DNA of 64,000 nt from contig JAAYPJ010000074.1 of assembly GCA_012519835.1 (NCBI GenBank), positions 28,902-92,901 of the forward strand, in the 5' to 3' direction. This document shows, one piece after another, positions 11,189-21,464 of this stretch. The position numbers and the translations under genes are program-made. The notes under the pieces are model-generated. The model saw nothing but the letters and a program-made list of their open reading frames with translations, was not told the DNA's origin and ran no database searches. The first letter of the stretch is position 1. Every line of letters starts with the position of its first letter. The stretch is from Clostridiales bacterium. GTDB taxonomy: Bacteria > Bacillota > Clostridia > Peptostreptococcales > Natronincolaceae.

Positions 11189-12115
11189 ATGAAAATAATT
11201 AGACGATACAATCAATTAGATAAAGACATACAGAGGGGATTTGCATTAGGAAATTTTGATGGGGTCCATATTGGACATCAAAAATTAATTAAAACCTTAG
11301 TACAAGGATGTAAGCTAAAAAATTTAGAACCCTGTATTTATACTTTTGTCAACCATACGTTGGAAACTATAACAGGTAAGGAAATACCTCCCCAAATTAC
11401 AAATATGTGCACGAAACAAAAAATATTTGAATCCCTGGGGATAGAACTTTTGTATTTGGAAAGATTTAATGAAAATTTAATGTCCCTGAGTCCCGAAGAA
11501 TTTGTCAAAGATATTTTAATAGACAAACTAAATTGTAAAATTGTGGCTGTGGGATTTGATTACAGTTTCGGTTATAAGGGTCAAGGAAATGCGGATACTC
11601 TAAGAGAAATGGCAAAGGTATATGGGTTTGAGGCACATATAATTCAACCTGTAACTGTAAACTCTAAAAAGGTAGGAAGTTCTATTATCAGAGAATATAT
11701 CAGGAATGGAAATATAGAAGAGGCTAATATCTTTCTGGGGAGGCCATATTCAATCTGCAGTAAAGTAATTCGCGGTAAAGGTATAGGGGGAGACAGACTG
11801 GGTTATCCTACAGCTAATATTTCAATTGAGTCCTGCAGTCTGATACCTAAGGAAGGTATATATGCTACATTTGTCAAAATCAATGACTCAATATACAAAG
11901 GGGCTGCCTGTGTAGGAACAAGTCCAACCTTTGGAAATTATGATATTGGTATGGAGGTCTTTATTATTGGTTTCAATGGGGATATATACGATAGATTTAT
12001 AGAAATACAATTTGTCAAAAAATTGAGAGACCAGATTAAGTTTGACAGTATAGATAACCTGATAAACCAGATTGAACGGGATGTAAATAGCGTTAATACT
12101 TATTTACATCTATAA
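11189..12115 (+). CDS. ribF: Bifunctional riboflavin kinase / FMN adenylyltransferase
   Basis: Has GNFDGVHIGHQ, GFDYSFG and a C-terminal riboflavin kinase domain (RGKGIG..LGYPTAN). Confidence 0.93.
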   Translation: MKIIRRYNQLDKDIQRGFALGNFDGVHIGHQKLIKTLVQGCKLKNLEPCIYTFVNHTLETITGKEIPPQITNMCTKQKIFESLGIELLYLERFNENLMSLSPEEFVKDILIDKLNCKIVAVGFDYSFGYKGQGNADTLREMAKVYGFEAHIIQPVTVNSKKVGSSIIREYIRNGNIEEANIFLGRPYSICSKVIRGKGIGGDRLGYPTANISIESCSLIPKEGIYATFVKINDSIYKGAACVGTSPTFGNYDIGMEVFIIGFNGDIYDRFIEIQFVKKLRDQIKFDSIDNLINQIERDVNSVNTYLHL

Positions 12116-12218
12116 CTATATATGTTAAAATGGTTAAGAAATCAAGGAACCTATTCTCGGTAAAATGATTCACCGACGTTTACTTAGAATCAGGGGATAA
12201 AAATGGGGAGGTGAGATA

Positions 12219-12482
12219 ATGGATCAAAACGACAAAAAGACAATCATAGACGCTTTTAAAACCCATGAAAATGATACCGGTTCTCAAGAAGTGCAAATTG
12301 CCTTATTGACGGAAAGGATTAATCATTTAAATGAGCATTTGAAAATTCATAAAAAAGATCATCACTCTAGGAGGGGACTTTTGAGGATGGTCGGTAAAAG
12401 AAGAAAAATGCTGAATTATCTTATGGATAAAGATATTGAAAAGTATAGGGAAGTAATAGCAAAACTAAAATTGAGAAAATAA
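12219..12482 (+). CDS. rpsO: 30S ribosomal protein S15
   Basis: 87 aa, with [35 protein letters not shown]. Confidence 0.96.
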   Translation: MDQNDKKTIIDAFKTHENDTGSQEVQIALLTERINHLNEHLKIHKKDHHSRRGLLRMVGKRRKMLNYLMDKDIEKYREVIAKLKLRK

Positions 12483-12514
12483 TAGAGGGCGGGAAACACC
12501 CTCTCTATTATTTG
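12482..12514 (+). terminator. Intrinsic terminator/attenuator after rpsO
   Basis: GAGGG..CCCTC-centred hairpin (ATAGAGGGCGGGAAACACCCTCTCTAT) followed by TTATTTG. A second hairpin (AAGCC-ataa-aGGCTT + TTTTATTTT) at 12530-12552 lies in the pnp leader. Confidence 0.6.
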
Positions 12515-12631
12515 ATTATTTGTTTGATTAAGCCATAAAGGCTTTTTATTTTATATCCAATCAGAATTTTTAATTTTCTGAGTGGATAATAAATAATACG
12601 AGCATATTTTATAAGTGAAAGGAGGATAAAA

Positions 12632-14731
12632 ATGGTTAAGGTTTTTCAGAAGGAAATAGGTGGGAGAATCCTGGAAGTTGAAATCGGGAAATTAGCTCAG
12701 CTTTCTGATGGTGCCTGCTTACTGAGATATGGTGAAACTGTAGTTCTCGTTAATGCATGTTCCTCGAAATTACCGAGAGAAGGCATAGACTTTTTTCCTC
12801 TAAGTGTTGACTATGAAGAAAAAATGTATGCGGCAGGAAAGATCCCGGGGGGTTTTATCAAAAGGGAGGGCAGACCAAGTGAGAATGCCATATTAACTTC
12901 CAGACTTATAGACCGTCCAATCAGACCTCTGTTTCCGGAAGGATATAGAAACGAGGTTCAGGTAATTGCAACGGTGCTATCGGTAGATCAGGATTGTAGT
13001 CCGGATGTTGTTGCTATGATAGGTTCATCAATAGCATTGTCTATTTCCAGCATCCCGTTTCAGGGACCGACCGCTTCCGTAAGTATGGGTATGGTTGACG
13101 GACAATATATAATAAATCCCACAAGTGAGGAAAGGGAAAAAAGCAAACTGGATTTGGTTGTTTCCGGAACAAAGGATGCGGTAATGATGATAGAAGCGGG
13201 GGCTAAGGAGGTTACGGAAGCTCAGGTTTTAGAAGCAATTTTGCTTGCACATGAAGAGATTAAAAATATTGTTTCATTTATAGAGGAAATTGTTGCGGAA
13301 GTTGGGAAAGAAAAACAGGAAATTGTTTTGTTTGAGGTAGACGAAGATTTAAATGCCGAGGTAAGGGAATATGCAACCCAAAGGATAGCTGATGCAATGA
13401 GGACAGAGGAAAAATTGGAAAGATCACAAAATATTGAATCAGTTAAAGAGGAAACATTGGAATATTTCATGGACAAATATGGGGATGATACAGATACAAA
13501 ACAAATCAATCTCATACTGGATACAATTTTAAAAGAAGAAACAAGGCATTTAATTTTGCACGATAAAATAAGGCCGGACAATCGGAAATATGACGAAATC
13601 AGGCCTATATCGACTGAAATATCGTTATTACCTAAGGCACATGGATCAGGCTTATTTACGAGGGGCCAAACCCAAGTATTATCGGTTGTAACTTTAGGTG
13701 CAATAGGTGATGTTCAAATTATAGATGGTCTCGGTGAAGAAGAGTCAAAAAGATATATACACCATTATAATTTTCCCCCGTTTAGTACGGGCGAGGTCAG
13801 ATTTCTGAGGGGGCCGGGCAGGCGTGAAATCGGTCATGGAGCGTTAGCCGGAAGAGCATTGGAGCCGATGATACCTTCCAAGGAGGATTTTCCTTATACT
13901 ATTCGTGTGGTATCCGAAGTTTTGTCTTCTAACGGATCTACTTCACAGGCAAGTGTATGTGGTAGTACATTGTCATTGTTAGATGCCGGTGTGCCCATTA
14001 AAGATATGGTAGCGGGTATTGCTATGGGATTGGTTAAAGATGGTGATAATATAGCTATTTTATCAGACATACAGGGTATGGAGGATTTCCTGGGCGACAT
14101 GGACTTTAAGGTTGCCGGAACATCCAAAGGAATAACTGCTATGCAGATGGATATCAAGATAAAAGGTATAGAAAAAAACATATTGGAAAATGCATTGGAA
14201 CAGGCAAGGATCGGAAGGCTGTATATTCTGGACAAGATGAAGGAAACGATCAGCTCACCAAGACCCGAACTCTCACCTTACGCCCCGAGGATGCTGACAA
14301 CAAAGATACATCCCGATAAAATCAGGGAGGTTATCGGAACAGGTGGAAAAACTATAAATAAGATTATTGAGGACACAGGGGTTAAAATCGATATCGAAAA
14401 TGACGGTACCATATTTATAGCCGCCCCGACACAGGAAGCAGCAGAAAACGCATTTGATGCAATAAATGATATAATTCGAGATCCCGAAGTAGGGGATATC
14501 TACAAAGGGAAAGTCATAAAAATAATGAACTTTGGGGCATTTGTGGAGGTTCTTCCGGGCAAGGAAGGTCTGGTTCATATATCCAACATTGCGCATGAGA
14601 GGATAAACAAGGTGGAGGATGTGTTAGCAGTCGGGGACGAAGTTGATGTGAAGGTAATAGAAATAGATCAACAAGGGAAAATAAGTCTTTCCAGGAAGGC
14701 ACTTTTACCTAGAAAAAGTAACAAAAAATAG
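12632..14731 (+). CDS. pnp: Polynucleotide phosphorylase
   Basis: 699 aa with two RNase PH domains, a KH domain and an S1 domain ([18 protein letters not shown]). Confidence 0.97.
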   Translation: MVKVFQKEIGGRILEVEIGKLAQLSDGACLLRYGETVVLVNACSSKLPREGIDFFPLSVDYEEKMYAAGKIPGGFIKREGRPSENAILTSRLIDRPIRPLFPEGYRNEVQVIATVLSVDQDCSPDVVAMIGSSIALSISSIPFQGPTASVSMGMVDGQYIINPTSEEREKSKLDLVVSGTKDAVMMIEAGAKEVTEAQVLEAILLAHEEIKNIVSFIEEIVAEVGKEKQEIVLFEVDEDLNAEVREYATQRIADAMRTEEKLERSQNIESVKEETLEYFMDKYGDDTDTKQINLILDTILKEETRHLILHDKIRPDNRKYDEIRPISTEISLLPKAHGSGLFTRGQTQVLSVVTLGAIGDVQIIDGLGEEESKRYIHHYNFPPFSTGEVRFLRGPGRREIGHGALAGRALEPMIPSKEDFPYTIRVVSEVLSSNGSTSQASVCGSTLSLLDAGVPIKDMVAGIAMGLVKDGDNIAILSDIQGMEDFLGDMDFKVAGTSKGITAMQMDIKIKGIEKNILENALEQARIGRLYILDKMKETISSPRPELSPYAPRMLTTKIHPDKIREVIGTGGKTINKIIEDTGVKIDIENDGTIFIAAPTQEAAENAFDAINDIIRDPEVGDIYKGKVIKIMNFGAFVEVLPGKEGLVHISNIAHERINKVEDVLAVGDEVDVKVIEIDQQGKISLSRKALLPRKSNKK

Positions 14732-14797
14732 AATAACAAACCTGTCGTGGAGTATCAATGCCCCAAAAATAACAAAAAACGGGATAAAAAGTGAAAG

Positions 14798-14826
14798 CAT
14801 AAACCGGACGCGGTTTATGTTTTTTA
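14798..14826 (+). terminator. Intrinsic terminator after pnp
   Basis: CATAAACCG-gacg-CGGTTTATG followed by TTTTTT. Confidence 0.8.
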
Positions 14827-14912
14827 GTTAAATTTACAAATATTGATTGCATAAGTGACTTAATTTTGAATAGTATATTACAAATATTACAATTAGACAA
14901 GGGGGATATATT

Positions 14913-15635
14913 ATGATAGTTGTCATAAACAAAAAGATTGCAATATTTGTGATAATTGCGGTTGTTTTGGTTTTGATAGCGGGCTTTATATTTTTGGGGA
15001 GAACAAAGGCAAAAGTGGCAAGCAGTTACAATGTTGTCGCACCGGAACCAATCAGAAGAGGGAATGAGGATAGCAAGTACATTGCATTTGCATGCAATGT
15101 CGATTGGGGTAATGAAGTGTTACCGGATATATTAAAAACATTGAATGATGAGAAGATAAAAATTACCTTCTTTGTAACAGGTAGATGGGCCGAAAAATTT
15201 CCGGATTTGATGCAGCAAATCGTGGATAATGGGCATGAAATCGGGAGCCATGGCTATCAGCACCTAAATTATGAAACATTATCCTTGGAACAAAATACGG
15301 AACAGATAAGAAAAGCGGGTGAAATACTTTCAAAACATACTAAAAAAGAAATAACCTTATTTGCTCCGCCATCCGGCGCCTACAATAAAAACACACTCAT
15401 TGCATCCGAAAAACTCGGGTATAAAACAATACTATGGACTATGGACACAATAGATTGGAGGGCCGGAAGCACAAAAGATGTTATTATAGACAGGATATTA
15501 AGCAAAGATGGTTTCAGCGGCGCAATAGTCCTGATGCATCCTATGCCTGAGACTGCAAAGGCGTTGCCGGTATTGATTGAATCAATGCATGAGAAGGGTC
15601 TGAAAGTGGGTACTGTGAGTGATGTTTTAAAATAA
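14913..15635 (+). CDS. Polysaccharide deacetylase family sporulation protein (PdaB/YlxY-like), N-terminal membrane anchor
   Basis: NodB-type motifs are present (FACNVDWG, TFFVTGRW, HEIGSHGYQH, LMHP). It follows pnp, as ylxY does in Bacillus. Confidence 0.8.
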   Translation: MIVVINKKIAIFVIIAVVLVLIAGFIFLGRTKAKVASSYNVVAPEPIRRGNEDSKYIAFACNVDWGNEVLPDILKTLNDEKIKITFFVTGRWAEKFPDLMQQIVDNGHEIGSHGYQHLNYETLSLEQNTEQIRKAGEILSKHTKKEITLFAPPSGAYNKNTLIASEKLGYKTILWTMDTIDWRAGSTKDVIIDRILSKDGFSGAIVLMHPMPETAKALPVLIESMHEKGLKVGTVSDVLK

Positions 15636-15744
15636 AAATGCTGAAGACGCTGAAAGCGGCAAGACATTATGCTAAAATATAATCGGTGAAGGTCGAGGCA
15701 TTTTCGGTTGGAGTTTATGGATAGAGTATTCTTTTAATTGTTTA

Positions 15745-15774
15745 TATCATATTTGATATTATCATAATTGATAT
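15745..15774. repeat. Two abutting 15-bp near-identical palindromic units TATCATA(T/A)TTGATAT
   Basis: 15745-15759 and 15760-15774; each unit is ATCA-N-TGAT type dyad-symmetric. Confidence 0.85.
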
Positions 15775-15790
15775 ACAAAATACATACCAA
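15762..15790 (+). promoter_or_regulatory. Possible SigE-type promoter of ymxH
   Basis: TCATAAT-14 nt-CATACCAA compared with the B. subtilis SigE consensus (from memory) ZHATAXX-14-CATACAHT: the -35 fits fully and the -10 fits 6/8. Confidence 0.4.
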
Positions 15791-15804
15791 ACTTTATAGT
15801 AGAG

Positions 15805-15904
15805 GGTGACAAAAGGGGACGTACCCAATTTGTCACAGACCTAAATATAAACATTTAAGAAGCAAAAAATTAGGTGACAAATTGGGTACGTCCCCTTTTG
15901 TCAC
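15805..15904. repeat. Perfect 31-bp inverted-repeat pair (arms 15806-15836 and 15874-15904), 37-bp spacer
   Basis: GTGACAAAAGGGGACGTACCCAATTTGTCAC and its exact reverse complement. Each arm is itself an 8-bp-stem hairpin (GTGACAAA/TTTGTCAC). Confidence 0.95.
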
Positions 15905-15929
15905 ACAATTATTATGGGGGGAATAAATT

Positions 15930-16178
15930 ATGAGATTGAGTGCAATTGGTGGAAAGGAAATTATCAATTTATATGATGGCAGCAGCTTAGGTTTAATATC
16001 GGAATCCGACCTGTTAATTAACAAAAGGACCGGGAGAATACATTCCCTTTTAATACCGGAAAACAAGGGCTTTCTTGGCCTTTTTTCTAACAATTCTTTG
16101 ATAGAAATTCCCTGGGAATCTATAAAAAAAATAGGAAGTGATATGATTATAATTGACTTGGTGAACAGCTACAAATGA
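15930..16178 (+). CDS. ymxH: YlmC/YmxH family sporulation protein (PRC-barrel)
   Basis: 82 aa, with GKEIINLYDGSSLG..IPWESIKKIGSDMIIID, which is typical of YmxH. Confidence 0.85.
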   Translation: MRLSAIGGKEIINLYDGSSLGLISESDLLINKRTGRIHSLLIPENKGFLGLFSNNSLIEIPWESIKKIGSDMIIIDLVNSYK

Positions 16179-16316
16179 AAATATTAGATGTTGGGGGAAT
16201 AGATGATTCAAATTGGGTAAAAATAATAGCAATAACACAAAACAAAATTTAACAAATACGCTTTGGCTGCAGAAAATTGTATAATACCAAAAATGTGTAA
16301 ATATAGGAGTGGAAAA

Positions 16317-17051
16317 ATGATAAACTATTCTACAGGAGAACAATATCCCCAATTTACAATAAATCCCCAAAAATTTTCAAATGAAGAAGAGACAGACAAC
16401 AAACAACAACTAGAAACCATACAGGGATTAGGAATAAGCGGTTTGCCTGAACCCAGCGGAAATATCCATACATTAACTATTATAGGTCATATAGAGGGGC
16501 ATATGATCGCACCTCCACAGAACAAATCAAGTAAATATGAACATATTATTCCCCAATTGGTGGCCGTAGAAGAAAATCCGGATATTGAGGGGTTATTGAT
16601 AATTTTAAACACTGTTGGTGGGGATGTAGAGGCAGGATTAGCTATTTCAGAATTGATATGCAGTCTATCCAAACCTAAAGTTACCTTGGTTATAGGAGGA
16701 GGCCATAGTATAGGTGTCCCTCTGGCTACTGCGGGAGATTATTCGTTTATTGCACCCACTGCAACCATGACTATACACCCGATAAGGATGAATGGGTTAG
16801 TAATAGGAATTCCACAGACCTTCGAATACTTTTTAAAAATGCAGGAACGAATAGTAGATTTTGTTTTACGTACTTCGAGGATAAACAGAAATGTTTTTAT
16901 ACAATTGATGAGGGCTACGGATAAACTTGCAAACGACGTAGGTACAATCTTGATAGGAAAAGAAGCCGTAGATCATGGACTAATTGATGAGGTCGGGGGC
17001 TTAGATAAAGCAATGAATAAATTAAAACAATTGATAGAAACAAATAAATAA
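16317..17051 (+). CDS. ClpP-fold serine protease paralog (TepA-like)
   Basis: ClpP-like core with the Ser (GGGHSIG) and His (MTIHPI) retained. ATG at 16317 follows AGGAGTGG; the track start at 16263 has no SD. Confidence 0.7.
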   Translation: MINYSTGEQYPQFTINPQKFSNEEETDNKQQLETIQGLGISGLPEPSGNIHTLTIIGHIEGHMIAPPQNKSSKYEHIIPQLVAVEENPDIEGLLIILNTVGGDVEAGLAISELICSLSKPKVTLVIGGGHSIGVPLATAGDYSFIAPTATMTIHPIRMNGLVIGIPQTFEYFLKMQERIVDFVLRTSRINRNVFIQLMRATDKLANDVGTILIGKEAVDHGLIDEVGGLDKAMNKLKQLIETNK

Positions 17052-17102
17052 ATTTTTAAACGTACCGGGTTTAAATCCTAAAATTCAATAGGATAAATTA
17101 TA

Positions 17103-17157
17103 AAAGCCATGAAACAGGTTATTTCCATGAAATTTCGTGGCTTTTATCTGTTTTTTA
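17103..17157 (+). terminator. Intrinsic terminator after the TepA-like gene
   Basis: A 12-bp stem (AAAGCCATGAAA / TTTCGTGGCTTT, one G-U pair) with an 18-nt loop, followed by TATCTGTTTTTT. Confidence 0.65.
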
Positions 17158-17356
17158 GATTGTCCCATAAATTTTTCTTACTTTATTGCATAATGTTTGT
17201 AGGTTTTAATGGTTTAGTGTAGAATATATTATTAGGTCAGGTGTTTATAAAATAAACTTTTAGTTGAGAATCAGTTTGAAACTATTATGTTTGGCCTTTG
17301 GTCCGTAATTTTATATGATTTTCCAAATTTATTAAAACCTTGTGGAGTTGATAACA

Positions 17357-19660
17357 ATGAACAAAAGCCGCGGTAGAAAACAAAATAAAAATTTTAATCT
17401 TTTGAGAAAAGAATTTACAAACGAAGTATATGGTATCTTTACTATTGCACTTGGATTGGTTTTACTTGTAAGCATACAGGGAAGTAGTGCGGGGAAAGTT
17501 GGAGATTTAATAAAATTTGTTTTAAGCGGATTGTTTTCCGGCACGGCATTTATATTACCTTATTTAACAATTTTATGTGGTGTACTTATTTTTATTAACA
17601 AATCAACAATAGAAGAGACTAAAACCATATTGTTTTATATATTGATATTTATTTCTATTACCATATTCAAATCACTTGGCTCCATCAAAATTATAGACAG
17701 CATCGCATTTTCCAATGCTAATGATTGGTTAAAACAAGTTTTCCAATTGGGTGTGGAAGGTATCGGAGGCGGGATCGTCGGTGTCTGCATAACTAAACTG
17801 TTAGTCAATTTATTCGGGGTTGCTGCCACCTATATTATTGTTTCAGCCCTAATGCTTATAATATTAATTTTGTATACAAAAATATCACTGCTTGAGACGT
17901 TTATGGTATTTAAAAAAGGAATTACAGCAACTTCAAATGCGATAAAAACCCACATACTGAATTTTATTTTAGTTCCGACTAAGGACGGAACCGAAAAAAA
18001 TGCAAAATCTAAGAAGAAAAACAGGGATGTGCCCCTTGATACAGAAGATAGTGACAATTTAGAAGAAGATATAGGAGAAAAGATTAAAATATTAGATTTT
18101 ACTACAGTTGATTCGAATGATCTCTTACATAATAAAAAAACCAATGGTGATAATGATACAGAGCAAATAGTCACGGATAAAATAAGTGACAGTTCCACGG
18201 ATTCCCATGATATAACTGACTACAATCAAAACAATCTGATTTTGGATTATAAGTTGCCCGGCACCGAACTTCTTAATGAGGTAGTTTCACAGCCCAGTAA
18301 AGAAGATAAAAGAAAAATAATATCAAAGGCTAAAATATTGGAAGATACACTGTATAATTTTGGTGTAGAGGCCAAGGTTGTACAGGTACATAAGGGCCCT
18401 ACAATTACCAGATATGAATTACAGCCCAGTGCAGGAGTTAAAGTAAGCAAGATAGTCAATTTGAGTGACGATATTGCTTTAAACCTGGCTGCGCAGGCTA
18501 TCAGAATTGAAGCACCCATACCGGGGAAAGCTGCTATAGGCATAGAAATACCTAACGAGGATATTTCTACTGTTGCTCTCAAGGAGGTATTAGACAGTTC
18601 AAATTACAAAAATTCTACTTTTAATTTGCCATTTGCCTTAGGTAAGGATGTTTCCGGAACATCAATAGTTACAGATATATCTAAAATGCCGCATTTGTTG
18701 ATTGCCGGGGCCACAGGTTCCGGAAAGAGTGTCTGTATTAATGTCTTGATACTGAGTATTTTATATAATTCAAGTCCCGACATGGTAAGACTGGTTTTAG
18801 TGGATCCCAAGGTTGTAGAGCTCAGCCAATATAATGGAATTCCCCATCTGCTCATACCGGTTGTAACTGACCCTAAGAAAGCGACAAATGCACTTAACTG
18901 GGCTGTAAATGAAATGTCCAGACGATATAAAATATTTGCGGAGAACAGTGTCCGCGATATTGATGGATACAATAAAAAATTTGAAGAAAATAAAATACCA
19001 TATATAGTCATTATTATTGATGAGCTGGCTGATCTAATGATGGTAGCCCCAAATGATGTTGAAGATGCAATATGTCGATTGGCTCAAGTGGCTAGGGCCG
19101 CCGGGCTACATTTAATAATAGCGACCCAAAGACCTTCGGTAGATGTAATCACAGGAGTTATTAAAGCAAACATACCCTCCAGAATTGCCTTTTCTGTAGC
19201 ATCACAGACAGATTCAAGAACAATTTTGGATATGGGGGGAGCCGAAAAACTTTTAGGAAAAGGAGATATGCTGTTCTATCCGGTTGGTGCCAGTAAACCC
19301 ATCAGAATACAAGGAGCCTTTGTATCTGAAAAAGAAGTGGAAAGGGTAGTAGCCTTCATTAGGGAACAGTCAAAAACACCCGGTTATGAAGATACAATAA
19401 TTGAACAGCTCGATCAGAGCAGCAATATATTTGTAGGTGAAGATGAATTGTTCGAGGATGCTCTTAAATTGGTAGTAGAAGCCCAACAAGCGTCTATTTC
19501 CATGCTTCAAAGAAGATTAAGGATAGGATACAGCAGGGCCGCAAGATTGGTTGATGATATGGAATCAAAGGGCTTTGTAGGTCCGCATGAAGGCAGCAAA
19601 CCGAGACAGGTATTAATAGACAGACAATTTTTTGAACAGAATATAAAGGAATCCATGTAA
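17357..19660 (+). CDS. ftsK: DNA translocase FtsK/SpoIIIE
   Basis: Has an N-terminal TM segment, Walker A (GATGSGKS), [10 protein letters not shown], and a C-terminal gamma winged-helix domain ([20 protein letters not shown]). Confidence 0.93.
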   Translation: MNKSRGRKQNKNFNLLRKEFTNEVYGIFTIALGLVLLVSIQGSSAGKVGDLIKFVLSGLFSGTAFILPYLTILCGVLIFINKSTIEETKTILFYILIFISITIFKSLGSIKIIDSIAFSNANDWLKQVFQLGVEGIGGGIVGVCITKLLVNLFGVAATYIIVSALMLIILILYTKISLLETFMVFKKGITATSNAIKTHILNFILVPTKDGTEKNAKSKKKNRDVPLDTEDSDNLEEDIGEKIKILDFTTVDSNDLLHNKKTNGDNDTEQIVTDKISDSSTDSHDITDYNQNNLILDYKLPGTELLNEVVSQPSKEDKRKIISKAKILEDTLYNFGVEAKVVQVHKGPTITRYELQPSAGVKVSKIVNLSDDIALNLAAQAIRIEAPIPGKAAIGIEIPNEDISTVALKEVLDSSNYKNSTFNLPFALGKDVSGTSIVTDISKMPHLLIAGATGSGKSVCINVLILSILYNSSPDMVRLVLVDPKVVELSQYNGIPHLLIPVVTDPKKATNALNWAVNEMSRRYKIFAENSVRDIDGYNKKFEENKIPYIVIIIDELADLMMVAPNDVEDAICRLAQVARAAGLHLIIATQRPSVDVITGVIKANIPSRIAFSVASQTDSRTILDMGGAEKLLGKGDMLFYPVGASKPIRIQGAFVSEKEVERVVAFIREQSKTPGYEDTIIEQLDQSSNIFVGEDELFEDALKLVVEAQQASISMLQRRLRIGYSRAARLVDDMESKGFVGPHEGSKPRQVLIDRQFFEQNIKESM

Positions 19661-19692
19661 AATAAATTTATTGACAGACCGATGATCAGAAG

Positions 19693-20754
19693 GTGAAATA
19701 TTTGTTTACAAAAGTAACTATTGAAAAAGCGATCAATATGGAAGACAAGATTTTTATCGATGTTCGTTCTCCCTCCGAATTTGCAAAAGGTTCTATACCG
19801 GGGGCAATAAATATCCCCATTTTGGATGACGACGAAAGGATTGATGTGGGTACCACATACACAAATAAAAGCCCAGAGGAAGCCAAGACCAAGGGAATTG
19901 AATATGCTTCACCCAAACTTTCCTCTATTTATGACCGGATTTCCATGTTAGCAAAAAAATACAAAAATATTATATTATTTTGTTGGCGCGGCGGATTAAG
20001 AAGTGACATCCTATCAAGTTTCCTGGGTGCACTGGGTGTAAACATTTATCAGTTAGAAGGCGGGTACAAAAAATACCGTAGATATGTTATCGAATACTTC
20101 GAGGAAAATAGGTTTAAACACAAATTTATTGTGCTTCACGGTTATACAGGGGTAGGCAAGACTGAAATCCTTATACAACTGAAAACACTCGGCATTCCTA
20201 TACTCAACCTGGAACATCTGGCTAGGAATAGTGGCTCCGTATTCGGAAAAATAGCCTACCAAAATGAAAAACCTGTAACCCAAAAAACATTTGAGGCACT
20301 ACTTTTTGAAACTTTGAGATTAAGTAACAACAAGTATATCGTCGTGGAGAGTGAAGGACGCCGTTTAGGGGAGGTATCATTGCCTAAAAATCTATGGAAT
20401 GCAATAGTTGAAGGTAAACATATCTTGATCGGCACAAACATGGAAACCAGAATCAAAAGGTTAGTGAACGATTATGTAATTAAAATTTCTGATTGTAACA
20501 CTTTATTAGAGGATGCCGTTGTTCATTTAAAAGAAAAAATAGGAACAAAAAAGATAAATCAACTCGTTTCATGGATTGAGGAGCGGGAATATTCAAAAGT
20601 CGCGGAAGACTTGATTACAAATTACTATGATCCTCTTTATAAAAATTCTGTCGACAAATATAATTATATAATAAATATTAATTATGTGAATATAAAAGAG
20701 GCTATAGATATGATAGCTGAATTTTACTATGAGTTGGAATACAAATCGGTCTAA
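19693..20754 (+). CDS. selU: tRNA 2-selenouridine synthase
   Basis: Has a rhodanese domain with CWRGGLRS plus a P-loop (GYTGVGKT). The start may be TTG 19702. Confidence 0.85.
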   Translation: MKYLFTKVTIEKAINMEDKIFIDVRSPSEFAKGSIPGAINIPILDDDERIDVGTTYTNKSPEEAKTKGIEYASPKLSSIYDRISMLAKKYKNIILFCWRGGLRSDILSSFLGALGVNIYQLEGGYKKYRRYVIEYFEENRFKHKFIVLHGYTGVGKTEILIQLKTLGIPILNLEHLARNSGSVFGKIAYQNEKPVTQKTFEALLFETLRLSNNKYIVVESEGRRLGEVSLPKNLWNAIVEGKHILIGTNMETRIKRLVNDYVIKISDCNTLLEDAVVHLKEKIGTKKINQLVSWIEEREYSKVAEDLITNYYDPLYKNSVDKYNYIININYVNIKEAIDMIAEFYYELEYKSV

Positions 20755-20819
20755 AACATAGACAAGTTTAACGTATGATTTTAATTAACATATATAAAGC
20801 ATAATGGGGGAAAGTTTAA

Positions 20820-21353
20820 ATGAATCTAGCTAACAAATTGACTGTGTTGAGAATTTTTTTAATTCCCGTTTTTATGATATTTCTTTTAAACGAAATACCT
20901 TATGGCAAATCAATTGCAGCCGGGATATTTATAATTGCAGCAATTACCGATATATTAGACGGACATTTTGCAAGAAAGAGAAATGAAATTACAAATTTGG
21001 GCAGGTTTATGGATCCTTTAGCTGATAAGCTCCTGGTTTCCGCTGCCCTCATTTCACTCGTCCAAATGGGAAAATTATCTTCTTGGATAGTAGTCATAAT
21101 AATAGGAAGAGAATTTACCATAAGCATATTGAGAGCTGTTGCTGCAACCGAAGGAAGGGTTATAGCTGCCAGCTGGTGGGGGAAGGCCAAAACAATATTT
21201 CAAATCATTGCTATTATATCTCTTTTAATAAACAACTTCCCTTTCAGTTATATTAACTTTCCCTTTGATACGATAATGATATGGATTGCGGTAATATTTA
21301 CTATAGTGTCAGGTGTAGATTATATTATTATAAATATAGATATATTAAAATAA
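20820..21353 (+). CDS. pgsA: CDP-diacylglycerol--glycerol-3-phosphate 3-phosphatidyltransferase
   Basis: CDP-alcohol phosphatidyltransferase motif (DILDGHFARK..G..DPLADK). Confidence 0.9.
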   Translation: MNLANKLTVLRIFLIPVFMIFLLNEIPYGKSIAAGIFIIAAITDILDGHFARKRNEITNLGRFMDPLADKLLVSAALISLVQMGKLSSWIVVIIIGREFTISILRAVAATEGRVIAASWWGKAKTIFQIIAIISLLINNFPFSYINFPFDTIMIWIAVIFTIVSGVDYIIINIDILK

Positions 21354-21369
21354 TATCTACAAATTTAGT

Positions 21370-21398
21370 TTGACCATTTATATTTTATAATATATAAT
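21370..21398 (+). promoter_or_regulatory. SigA-type promoter of recA (TTGACC-17-TATAAT)
   Basis: -35 at 21370-21375 and -10 at 21393-21398. Confidence 0.7.
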
Positions 21399-21405
21399 GT
21401 TATCT

Positions 21406-21419
21406 AGAACACCTGTTCG
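21406..21419 (+). promoter_or_regulatory. LexA (Cheo/SOS) box upstream of recA
   Basis: AGAACACCTGTTCG matches the Gram-positive CGAAC-N4-GTTCG consensus and lies immediately downstream of the -10. Confidence 0.8.
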
Positions 21420-21464
21420 ATATAATTAGAAAGGTAGGTGAGCCGGGTTTGGCCCGGTAATAGT

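Noticed and set aside
15805-15904. Considered whether the inverted-repeat pairs are CRISPR repeats, MITEs, or invertible phase-variation switches served by the nearby tyrosine recombinase.
   Set aside because: Each has only two copies, and these are inverted rather than direct, so they are not CRISPR. No target-site duplication flanks either element, and the two elements have different arm sequences, so the MITE evidence is weak. The 33-37 bp between the arms is much shorter than known recombinase-invertible segments and carries no promoter.
15833-16093. Track ORFs that run through the inverted repeats: 15833-16093 on the - strand, 52262-52471 and 52615-52884 on the + strand, and the N-terminal 30 codons of the 51060-52268 ORF.
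   Set aside because: The peptides (..TKGDVPNLS.., ..NRRTVPLF.., ..NRGTVPLF..) are simply translations of the hairpin repeats. The real dacB start is ATG 52178, which has an SD and a signal peptide.
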